From positions 1 to 20,926 of the forward strand of contig JBJKYD010000019.1 in the NCBI GenBank assembly GCA_045561295.1: 20,926 nt of DNA, given 5' to 3'. Below the pieces are notes generated by a model. That model searched no databases and was not told the origin of the DNA. It saw only the letters and a program-made list of their open reading frames with translations. How positions within the stretch are numbered: the stretch's first letter is position 1; each line of letters begins with the position of its first letter. The stretch comes from Gammaproteobacteria bacterium (GTDB taxonomy: Bacteria > Pseudomonadota > Gammaproteobacteria > GCA-002705445 > GCA-002716945). Below, one piece after another: positions 8,661-16,879 of the stretch. The position numbers and the translations under genes were made by a program.

Positions 8661-9424
8661 CCTACTACATTGAAACCATTATCAACATAGATTGTCTGGC
8701 CTGTAACCGATGACGATAAATCAGATATAAGAAAATATGCCACATTGGCAACATCATCCGAGGTGATGTTTTTCTTCAATAGTGATTTTTCCTTATAGAT
8801 ATCTAGTATTTTATTAAACCCACTAATACCAGCTGCTGCAAGTGTTTTTATAGGCCCAGCAGATATTGCGTTAACCCTTATCTCTTCTTCTCCTAGTGAG
8901 TCAGCGAGATATTTTACGCTACATTCAAGGCTGGCTTTAGCTAAACCCATTATATTATAATTTTGAACAACTCTCTCTGCGCCTATATAAGAAAGTGTTA
9001 TTATTGATGATGATCTATTTAAATTATCCTTAAATGCCTTTGTCAAAGCCGTTAAACTATATGAGCTGATATCATGAGCCATCGTAAAACCATCTCGTGT
9101 AATATTGTCTATATATTTTCCACTCAATAGTTCTTTTGGCGCAAATGCTGCGGAATGGACAATCCCATCTAGATTGCCATGATCTTTTATTACATTATTT
9201 TTCAATGTAAGTATTTCACTGTCTTGTGACAAATCACACGGATATGCATCAGAACTGATACCTAACTCATTTTTTAATTTGATTACTCTATCTTTTAATC
9301 TCTCATTCTGATATGAAATTATTACATTTGCATCATTTTCATGTAATATTTTTGAAATAGCATATGATATTGATCTGTTGCTAGCAATTCCTGTTACTAA
9401 AACATTTTTTCCTTTTAGATTCAT
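8654..9424 (-). CDS. fabI: Enoyl-[acyl-carrier-protein] reductase (NADH) FabI
   Basis: LKGKNVLVTGIASNRSISY, VHSAAFAP, HDISSYSL, catalytic YNIMGLAKASLE, RVNAISAGPIKTLAA. Start moved to ATG at 9424 (MNLKGK, 256 aa); the track's 21-aa extension would overlap yejA. Confidence 0.96.
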   Translation of the reverse strand: MNLKGKNVLVTGIASNRSISYAISKILHENDANVIISYQNERLKDRVIKLKNELGISSDAYPCDLSQDSEILTLKNNVIKDHGNLDGIVHSAAFAPKELLSGKYIDNITRDGFTMAHDISSYSLTALTKAFKDNLNRSSSIITLSYIGAERVVQNYNIMGLAKASLECSVKYLADSLGEEEIRVNAISAGPIKTLAAAGISGFNKILDIYKEKSLLKKNITSDDVANVAYFLISDLSSSVTGQTIYVDNGFNVVGY

Positions 9425-9475
9425 AATATATTTGTAATATAGTACATTATAGAGTGATGAGATTAAAGAATACAA
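9425..9475. promoter_or_regulatory. Candidate bidirectional promoter region between fabI and yejA
   Basis: Only 32 bp separate the two start codons. The minus strand has a perfect TATAAT (9451-9446) with TTGTAT (9475-9470) 18 bp upstream. The plus strand has TATAGT (9438-9443). Confidence 0.4.
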
Positions 9476-11232
9476 TTGCTCTAACACTAATCTTAATATT
9501 TCAAATGACTTACACTTATGCTAACGAGTCAATTAGTATAGGTTATTCAGCAAAATATAAAGATTTTGAACATTTTGATTATGTTAATCCTTACTCAAAG
9601 AAAGGTGGCAATATCACAATATCTGCCTTTGGCACATTTGATTCACTTAATCCTTACCTTCTCAAATCTCTGTCTCCAGCTCAAATAAATAATCTTATGT
9701 TTGATACATTGATGACTAGGAGTCTAGATGAACCATCGTCGAGTTATTCGCTGATAGCGAAGTCATACAGGCTATCTGATGATAAATTATCAGTAATATT
9801 TTATATTGATGAAGATGCTAAATTTAGTAATTCAAAGTATATAACAGCGGAGGATATAAAGTATTCATTTGAACTATTAACATCATCTGCAGCCCATCCC
9901 CAATACAGAATTTATTGGGCAGACGTTGAATCCGTTGAGGTTTTAAATGACTACAGTATTAAATTTTCTTTTAAAAGAGAAAATCCTGAGCTACATATGA
10001 TGATTGGTGATTTACCTATTTTTTCAAAAGAATGGCTTTCGATTGAGCAGTTTCCCAAAAATGTAAAAAAAAGTCCTATTGCTAGCGGTCCATATCTTAT
10101 TGAAGATTATAGTATTGGTAAATATATAACATACATTAGAAATAAAGATTACTGGGCAAACAGCAAGCCAACAAGAAAATATATGTATAATTTTGATTCA
10201 ATCACAATTAAGTATTATAAAGACATGACTGTTGCTTTAGAGGCATTCAAAGCAGGTGAGTATGACTATATACTTGAAAACCACTCTAAAAGATGGGCAA
10301 GAGATTATAATGGACCAAATTTTATCAATAAGAAGATAATTAAAACTGAGCTTGTTCATTTAAATAATACAGGCATCCAAGGTTTTGCTTTTAATACTCG
10401 CAAAGATATATTCAATGAGATTAATTTAAGGAAAGCTATTACAATGGCGTTTGATTTTGAATGGTCTAATAAAAATCTTTTTTATAATCAATATTTAAGA
10501 TCAGACAGTTACTTTAGTAATAGCGAATTAGTTGCTGATATAAAACCCAGTAATGATGAACTCATGCTAGTTGAGAAATTAAATATAAATAAAATAAAAG
10601 TTAAAGATAAAATTAAGCTACCAATTAATAAAAGTCCGTCGGACTATAGAAAATCTCTTATTGGTGCTAAAAAAATATTAGATAAATCTGGTTATATTGT
10701 CAGAAATGGGCAGTTATATTCACCCTCTAATCAACCAATCATTATTAATTTTCTTTTAGCGCAAAAAGGTTTTGAAAGGATACTTGCACCATTTCGAAAC
10801 AATCTAAAGAGATTGGGAATTACTCTTAATTATCGAACTGTTGATTTGTCTCTATACCAGCAAAGATTAGATAATTTTGAATTTGATATGACGGTAGTTA
10901 GTTATCCTCAATCTCAATCGCCCGGAAGTGAGCTTATGAGTATGTTCTCATCTGAGAGTTCTGATAAAAATGGAGCGTTTAATTTTCCTGGTATTAGAGA
11001 TCAAGATATTGATAAGTTGATCAAAGAAATTATTTACTCTCAAAGCAGGGATAATTTAATTACTTCCGCCCATTTATTGGATAGATTATTATGGAATCAA
11101 TATTATATGGTACCTAATTGGTATATAAATACCCACAGAGTTGCATTTTATGATATGTTTTTACAACCTGATATTTTACCGCTTTACTACCAAGCAACAA
11201 ATTATGTGCTACAAACATGGTCCATGAAATGA
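9457..11232 (+). CDS. yejA: Peptide ABC transporter substrate-binding protein (YejA/NppA-like, family 5)
   Basis: Signal peptide, DFEHFDYVNP..KGG, GTFDSLNPY, SLDEP, SGPY, ALEAFKAGEYD, FNTRKDIF, AFDFEWSNKNLFYNQY.RSDSYF, LDRLL..YYMVP. ATG9457 chosen; GTG9454 is an alternative. Confidence 0.9.
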   Translation: MRLKNTIALTLILIFQMTYTYANESISIGYSAKYKDFEHFDYVNPYSKKGGNITISAFGTFDSLNPYLLKSLSPAQINNLMFDTLMTRSLDEPSSSYSLIAKSYRLSDDKLSVIFYIDEDAKFSNSKYITAEDIKYSFELLTSSAAHPQYRIYWADVESVEVLNDYSIKFSFKRENPELHMMIGDLPIFSKEWLSIEQFPKNVKKSPIASGPYLIEDYSIGKYITYIRNKDYWANSKPTRKYMYNFDSITIKYYKDMTVALEAFKAGEYDYILENHSKRWARDYNGPNFINKKIIKTELVHLNNTGIQGFAFNTRKDIFNEINLRKAITMAFDFEWSNKNLFYNQYLRSDSYFSNSELVADIKPSNDELMLVEKLNINKIKVKDKIKLPINKSPSDYRKSLIGAKKILDKSGYIVRNGQLYSPSNQPIIINFLLAQKGFERILAPFRNNLKRLGITLNYRTVDLSLYQQRLDNFEFDMTVVSYPQSQSPGSELMSMFSSESSDKNGAFNFPGIRDQDIDKLIKEIIYSQSRDNLITSAHLLDRLLWNQYYMVPNWYINTHRVAFYDMFLQPDILPLYYQATNYVLQTWSMK

Positions 11233-12290
11233 TCCTCTATATTTTCAAAAGATTACTACTAATGATACCAACATTATTAGGTATTCTTTTTCTCACATTC
11301 TTAATTATTCAATTTGTACCTGGAGGTCCAGTTGAGCAAATTGTAAATAAACTATCAGGATTAAATGCTATAACTGAAACTTCATCATCATCAAATTTAT
11401 ACAGAGGTTCTAGCGGTCTTTCAGAAGAACATATTTCACAGCTTAATGAATTTTATGGATTTGATAAGCCATTTTTTGAAAGATTTTTAATTATGATAAG
11501 CAATTATGCTGTATTTGATTTAGGTGTGAGTTACTTTCATAATCAAAGTGTAAGCGACTTAGTTTTGAGTAAACTACCTGTATCTATTACTTTAGGATTA
11601 TGGTCTTTCATCCTCGTATACGCTGTAAGTATTCCACTCGGTATAAAAAAAGCTGTCAATGATGGCAGCAGGTTTGACATAGTATCAAGCACTATAGTCC
11701 TAATAGGATACTCTATTCCAGGTTTTGTCCTTGGCATAGGTCTTATTGTACTTTTGGGGGGAGGTAGTTTTTTTGATATTTTCCCTACACGAGGAATAGT
11801 CTCGGATAATTGGGAAGATTTAAATTTTTTTAGAAAAATTACGGATTATCTGTGGCATATTACTTTACCAATAATTTGTCTTGTTATTGGAAGTTTCGCG
11901 GTTATGACAATGCTCACTAAAAATAGCTTTATTGATGAGATAAATAAATTGTATGTTGTTACGGCACGATCAAAGGGATTGAGTGAAAATAAAGTACTTT
12001 ATTCTCATGTGTTTAAAAATGCAATCATTCCAATCCTAACTGGTTTCCCTGCTCAGTTCGTCTCTGCGTTTTTTACTGGTAGCATTCTTATTGAAACAAT
12101 ATTTTCTCTTGATGGAATCGGCCTTCTCTCATACGAAGCAATAATTCAGAGAGATTATCCTGTTGTAATGGGAACATTATTCATATTTACCCTTATAGGT
12201 CTAATTACTAAATTAATTACAGATATAATGTATGTCTATGTAGATCCAAGAATTAAATTTTCATCATCAAGTACACAAAGGAATTCTTAA
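11229..12290 (+). CDS. yejB: Peptide ABC transporter permease (YejB-like)
   Basis: YIFKRLLLMIPTLLGI, QFVPGGPVEQ, YGFDKP, KLPVSITLGLW, EAA-loop TARSKGLSE, RDYPVV, VDPRI. Start set at ATG11229, an ATGA overlap with the yejA stop. Confidence 0.92.
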   Translation: MILYIFKRLLLMIPTLLGILFLTFLIIQFVPGGPVEQIVNKLSGLNAITETSSSSNLYRGSSGLSEEHISQLNEFYGFDKPFFERFLIMISNYAVFDLGVSYFHNQSVSDLVLSKLPVSITLGLWSFILVYAVSIPLGIKKAVNDGSRFDIVSSTIVLIGYSIPGFVLGIGLIVLLGGGSFFDIFPTRGIVSDNWEDLNFFRKITDYLWHITLPIICLVIGSFAVMTMLTKNSFIDEINKLYVVTARSKGLSENKVLYSHVFKNAIIPILTGFPAQFVSAFFTGSILIETIFSLDGIGLLSYEAIIQRDYPVVMGTLFIFTLIGLITKLITDIMYVYVDPRIKFSSSSTQRNS

Positions 12291-13303
12291 TGAATACTTT
12301 TGATGTAATTTGGAGAAATTTTAAACGAAATAAAAGAAGTATTTATTCTTTATATATATTTTTAACTTTATTCATTCTTAGTCTCTTTTCTGAACTTATA
12401 AGTAATAATAAACCAATCATGATGAGCGTTGAGGGCGACATGTATTATCCATATATTATTGAATATACGGAAAGAGATTTTGGTGGAGAATTAGAGACTA
12501 CACCTGACTATAAAGGATACTTTATTAGTGATTTACTAGATAATTCTAACAACTGGGCTATCTTCCCACTTAATCCTCATTCATACAACTCTATTAATTT
12601 CAATAATTCAACACCAAATCCTGCTCCACCATCTGCACATAATATACTGGGCACGGATGATAGAGGCAGAGATGTACTGGCCAGACTTATCTATGGTTTT
12701 AGATTATCTGTAATTTTTGCTTTAGCTTTAACGGCTATAGGTATAATCATAGGATTATTCTTTGGAGCAATCCAAGGATACTTTGCAGGCAGAACTGATC
12801 TATACTTACAACGTTTTATTGAGATTTGGGGGTCGATGCCTGAACTATATATTTTAATAATATTTGCATCAATTTTTGAACCTAGCATTTTACTGTTGGT
12901 TATACTTTTGTCTTTATTTGGCTGGATAAGTTTGTCTGACTATGTTCGTGCAGAATTCTTAAAGGGAAGAAATATGGACTATGTAAATGCTGCTCGTACA
13001 TTAGGCCTAAGTGATTGGCAAATTATAGTTAAACACATATTACCAAATAGTTTAATTTCTGTGGTAACGTTCCTGCCTTTTAGAATAAGTGGCGCCATAC
13101 TTATTTTAACTAGCTTAGATTTTTTAGGTCTCGGCGTTCCACCTACAACACCTAGTTTAGGTGAACTTCTCTCACAAGGTAAAGACAATATTTCTGCATG
13201 GTGGCTTTCATTGACCACTTTTTTTGTATTAGTAGGAACTTTACTACTACTTATCTTCATTGGAGAGGGAATTAGGGAGTCTATTAGTGGAAAATCATCA
13301 TGA
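12290..13303 (+). CDS. yejE: Peptide ABC transporter permease (YejE-like)
   Basis: WRNFKRNKR, LGTDDRGRDVLARLIYGFRLS, VRAEFL, YVNAARTLG, HILPN, SLDFLGLG.P...SLGELL. TAATG coupling to yejB. Confidence 0.92.
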   Translation: MNTFDVIWRNFKRNKRSIYSLYIFLTLFILSLFSELISNNKPIMMSVEGDMYYPYIIEYTERDFGGELETTPDYKGYFISDLLDNSNNWAIFPLNPHSYNSINFNNSTPNPAPPSAHNILGTDDRGRDVLARLIYGFRLSVIFALALTAIGIIIGLFFGAIQGYFAGRTDLYLQRFIEIWGSMPELYILIIFASIFEPSILLLVILLSLFGWISLSDYVRAEFLKGRNMDYVNAARTLGLSDWQIIVKHILPNSLISVVTFLPFRISGAILILTSLDFLGLGVPPTTPSLGELLSQGKDNISAWWLSLTTFFVLVGTLLLLIFIGEGIRESISGKSS

Positions 13304-14871
13304 GTATTCTTGAATTTAAAAAATTAAACATAGGACTAAAGAATACAAATGCTAATCTTGTTAGCAATCTATCGTTTGAGCTTGACCGAGGAGAGGCATT
13401 AGGAATTGTTGGAGAATCTGGATCAGGAAAATCTTTAACAGCACTCTCAGCACTTGGATTGCTAAATGATAATATATTTAATTCTTCCGGAGAAATAATC
13501 TTTGAAGATAATAATATTTTTGATTTAACTAGTAATGAGTTGAACTCTATTAGAGGCAACAAATTATCCATGATATTCCAGGAGCCTATGCTTTCACTAA
13601 ATCCAGTAAAAAGTCTAAGGTCACAAATAGATGAATGCATTGAGCTATCGAATCATAAATTAACATTAAATGATATTCACGAAACATTAATTTCTGTTGG
13701 CTTAACTGATATCGATAAGATTTTATCTAGCTATCCACACATGTTATCTGGAGGACAGAGACAACGTTTCATGATAGCTATGTCAATAATTAGAAAACCT
13801 AGAGTAATTATTGCTGATGAACCCACTACGGCATTAGATGTTACGTTGCAGAAGCAGATCTTAGATATGTTAATTACTTTAAAGAGTAACTTAGATATGT
13901 CTATGATATTGATTTCGCATGATATTAATCTCATCAAAAAATATTGCGATAGAATTATTGTAATGAAAGAGGGTAAGCTACTAGAATCCAATACAACTAG
14001 TAACATATTTTCTAATCCACAACATGAATATACTAAAGAACTTGTTAATTTTAAAACGCCCACATACAGGGATACCATTATTGATACGCAACATTTAGTG
14101 TTAGAGACGAATAAGCTTAATTGTAAATATTTAACCAAAGATAGCCTCTTTAAACATAAAAGGCTCTATTATAAAGCCTTAGAAAACATAAATATTCATA
14201 TAAAAGAGGGAGAATCAGTTGGCATTGTTGGAGAGTCTGGATCAGGAAAGACTACATTAGCAATGTCAATAATGCATTTATTGTCTTACGAGGGAAATAT
14301 AAAAATTTGTCAAGATATTGATAAAACTCAAATAAATCTGGATAGAAAACTTAGAAAAAATTTCCAGATTATATTTCAAGATCCATTTTCATCGTTATCT
14401 CCAAGAATGACTATTATGCAAATACTATCTGAGGGAGTAAAAAGTTTACTAGATATTACTGATATACATATCATTCATAGAATGTGTAAAAGTATTCTGA
14501 AAGATGTAGGTCTTGATGAAGACATGCTTTATCGATATCCACAAGAGTTCTCTGGCGGTCAAAGGCAAAGAATTGCAATTGCTCGTGCTTTGATTCTCCA
14601 ACCAAAATTATTGATATTAGATGAACCCACAAGCGCACTAGATGTTTTAGTTCAAGAAAGCATTGTTAAGCTTCTTTTGGATCTTCAAAAAAAATACAAT
14701 CTATCTTATTGCTTTATAAGTCATGATCTACATTTGATACGAAAAATATGTCACAGAACATATGTAATGAAAGATGCAAATGTAATTGAAGAGGGACCAA
14801 CAAAAAAAGTTTTTGAAAATCCTAGCGAAAAATATACTCAAGAATTAATTGATTCATCTTTTATTACTTGA
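13300..14871 (+). CDS. yejF: Peptide ABC transporter ATP-binding protein with two fused NBDs (YejF-like)
   Basis: Two Walker A motifs (GESGSGKS, GESGSGKT), signatures LSGGQRQR and FSGGQRQR, Walker B IIADEPTTALD and LILDEPTSALD. ATGA overlap with yejE. Confidence 0.92.
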   Translation: MSILEFKKLNIGLKNTNANLVSNLSFELDRGEALGIVGESGSGKSLTALSALGLLNDNIFNSSGEIIFEDNNIFDLTSNELNSIRGNKLSMIFQEPMLSLNPVKSLRSQIDECIELSNHKLTLNDIHETLISVGLTDIDKILSSYPHMLSGGQRQRFMIAMSIIRKPRVIIADEPTTALDVTLQKQILDMLITLKSNLDMSMILISHDINLIKKYCDRIIVMKEGKLLESNTTSNIFSNPQHEYTKELVNFKTPTYRDTIIDTQHLVLETNKLNCKYLTKDSLFKHKRLYYKALENINIHIKEGESVGIVGESGSGKTTLAMSIMHLLSYEGNIKICQDIDKTQINLDRKLRKNFQIIFQDPFSSLSPRMTIMQILSEGVKSLLDITDIHIIHRMCKSILKDVGLDEDMLYRYPQEFSGGQRQRIAIARALILQPKLLILDEPTSALDVLVQESIVKLLLDLQKKYNLSYCFISHDLHLIRKICHRTYVMKDANVIEEGPTKKVFENPSEKYTQELIDSSFIT

Positions 14872-16004
14872 TAAATATCTTTGATAATATGTTTTTATAA
14901 ATCTCTACGAGTATCATCAAATCATCTTCCTTGACACACTCATTGATTTTATGAATAGATCTATTTGTAAGTCCTAGTTCAACAACTTGCTTACACACCT
15001 TTGCCATAAATCTCCCATCAGATGTACCACCATTAGTGCTTATCAGTGTTCCTATATCTGCTATCTCTTCAATAGAGTCTTTACATATATCAATAAATTC
15101 ATGATCGGTTGTTAGATATGGTTCGCCTGAATGCTTCCAAGTAATATCATATTTTGCATTACTATTATCTAGTATATTTATAATTGTATCTTTAATTTCA
15201 TCGTGATTAGTTTCAGTCGAGTATCTTATATTAAATGCAATTTTAATATTTGCAGGTATTACATTATCTACACCCGTACCACTATTTATATTAGATATTT
15301 GAAAAGAAGTAGGCGGAAAATATTTATTACCATTATCAAATTTGATATCTAAAAACTCAGAGATAATTTTAGAGCTAATATGTATTGGATTTTCTGCTTT
15401 TTCTGGATATGCAACATGACCTTGAATTCCATGAAGTATTAAATGACCAGTTATAGAACCTCTTCGTCCATTCCTTATAACATCTCCTATCTCATCAGAG
15501 GATGAGGGCTCTCCCACTAAACAGAAGTCCAGTTCGTTTTCTTTAAAAACATTGCTATCAACGAGTTTCCTAATGCCATTTACTGCATCACCTTCCTCAT
15601 CACCTGTTAAGTATTAATTTTATTGACCCGTCAAAATTTTCATTTTCTTCAATAAACCCTCGAACAGCTTGCATGAAACAAGCAATACCTCCTTTCATAT
15701 CAGATGTGCCTCTGCCAACAAGAAAATCATTTTTCTTTGTGAGTTCAAATGGATCAGATTCCCATTGCGCAATATCACCCGATGGAACAACATCTGTATG
15801 TCCAATAAAAGCTAAACATGGGGCGCCTTCACCATAAGTAGAAATCATATTCTGTACAGAATCATATTTTTTATATTCTGTTTTAAAATTAGATTCTGAA
15901 AGATAATTATGTATATATTTTTGACAGTCTGATGTATCAGGAGTTACTGATTGAAACTGTATTAATTCAGATAGCAACTTCACTACTTTATTATTTGAAT
16001 TCAT
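14864..16004 (-). pseudogene. dapE: Succinyl-diaminopimelate desuccinylase DapE, split by a single +1 frameshift at about 15607-15611; may be an intact gene with a sequencing error
   Basis: The 5' ORF 16004-15600 has SVTP, GHTDVVP and GRGTSDMKG. Removing one base from minus-strand ATA-CTT-AAC-AGG-TGA gives ILTGDEEGDAVNG...DFCLVGEPSS, in frame with ORF 15517-14864 (NGRRGS, QGHVAYP, FPPTSFQ, NVIP, GGTSDGRF, ELG...IHKINE). The repaired gene is 379 aa. Confidence 0.9.
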
Positions 16005-16773
16005 TGATATCCTCTTCTGGTCTTATAGTTAATATGTCAAACCCATCTTCTGTTACGAGTACCGTGTGTTCGTATTGAGCTGATAGTTCATGATCCTGAG
16101 TTACAACTGTCCAGCCATCATTTAAGGTTTTAGTTTTGTAGCTGCCAACATTAATCATAGGTTCTACAGTAAATATCATGCCAGCTTCTAGCTTTAATCC
16201 TGTATTCTTTTTTCCATAGTGAAGGATTTGGGGGCTTTCATGAAATTTCCTTCCAATTCCATGACCACAATATTCTCTTACAACAGAATAATTATTTGAC
16301 TCTGCATATACCTGTATTGCTTCCCCAATATCTCCAACTGTAGCGCCGGGTTTGATTACTTTTATACCTTCTATCATTGATTTTCTTGTAATTTCACATA
16401 ACCGATTTGATAATGTAGATGTTTTACCGACCAAAAACATACGGCTTGTATCACCATGATAACCATCTTTTATAACAGTTACATCAATATTGATAATATC
16501 TCCATTTTTAAGTTTTTTAGAATCTGATGGAATACCATGACAAATTTGATGATTAACAGACGTGCAAATAGACTTAGGAAAACCTCTGTAGTTCAAAGGC
16601 GCAGGTATAGCTTTTTGTACATCTACAATATAGTTGTGACATAGCCTATCAAGTTCACCAGTTGAGATTCCTGGTCTCACATAATCCTTTATCATCATGA
16701 GTACATCTGAAGCTAGCTTACCAGCTATTTTCATTTTTTTAATCTCATCTAATGTTTTAATATAGTCTTTCAT
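15991..16773 (-). CDS. map: Methionine aminopeptidase (type I)
   Basis: FPKSICTSVNHQICHGIP, DIINIDVT, GYHGDTSRM, YCGHGIG..FHE, FTVEPMIN, DGWT, SAQYEHT. Divergent from rpsB as usual. Confidence 0.97.
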   Translation of the reverse strand: MKDYIKTLDEIKKMKIAGKLASDVLMMIKDYVRPGISTGELDRLCHNYIVDVQKAIPAPLNYRGFPKSICTSVNHQICHGIPSDSKKLKNGDIINIDVTVIKDGYHGDTSRMFLVGKTSTLSNRLCEITRKSMIEGIKVIKPGATVGDIGEAIQVYAESNNYSVVREYCGHGIGRKFHESPQILHYGKKNTGLKLEAGMIFTVEPMINVGSYKTKTLNDGWTVVTQDHELSAQYEHTVLVTEDGFDILTIRPEEDINEFK

Positions 16774-16879
16774 AACCTATTGAATTTAAGCATTTCAGTA
16801 AAAAAATAGTAGTTTATAGTTGTTGTAATCACCCAAATATGATACAACACTTTATGAATTTTATTGGAGTATTTTTTAT

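Noticed and set aside
13402-14249. Near-identical ~29-bp direct repeat (GGAATTGTTGGAGAATCTGGATCAGGAAA / GGCATTGTTGGAGAGTCTGGATCAGGAAA)
   Set aside because: It encodes the two Walker A motifs (GIVGESGSGK) of the duplicated NBDs of YejF and is not an independent repeat element.
14864-16004. Two separate genes (a 134-aa and a 217-aa peptidase) as called by the track
   Set aside because: The region between them (15518-15599) encodes the DapE DEEG...DFCLVGEP segment in the downstream frame, so it is one gene with one indel.
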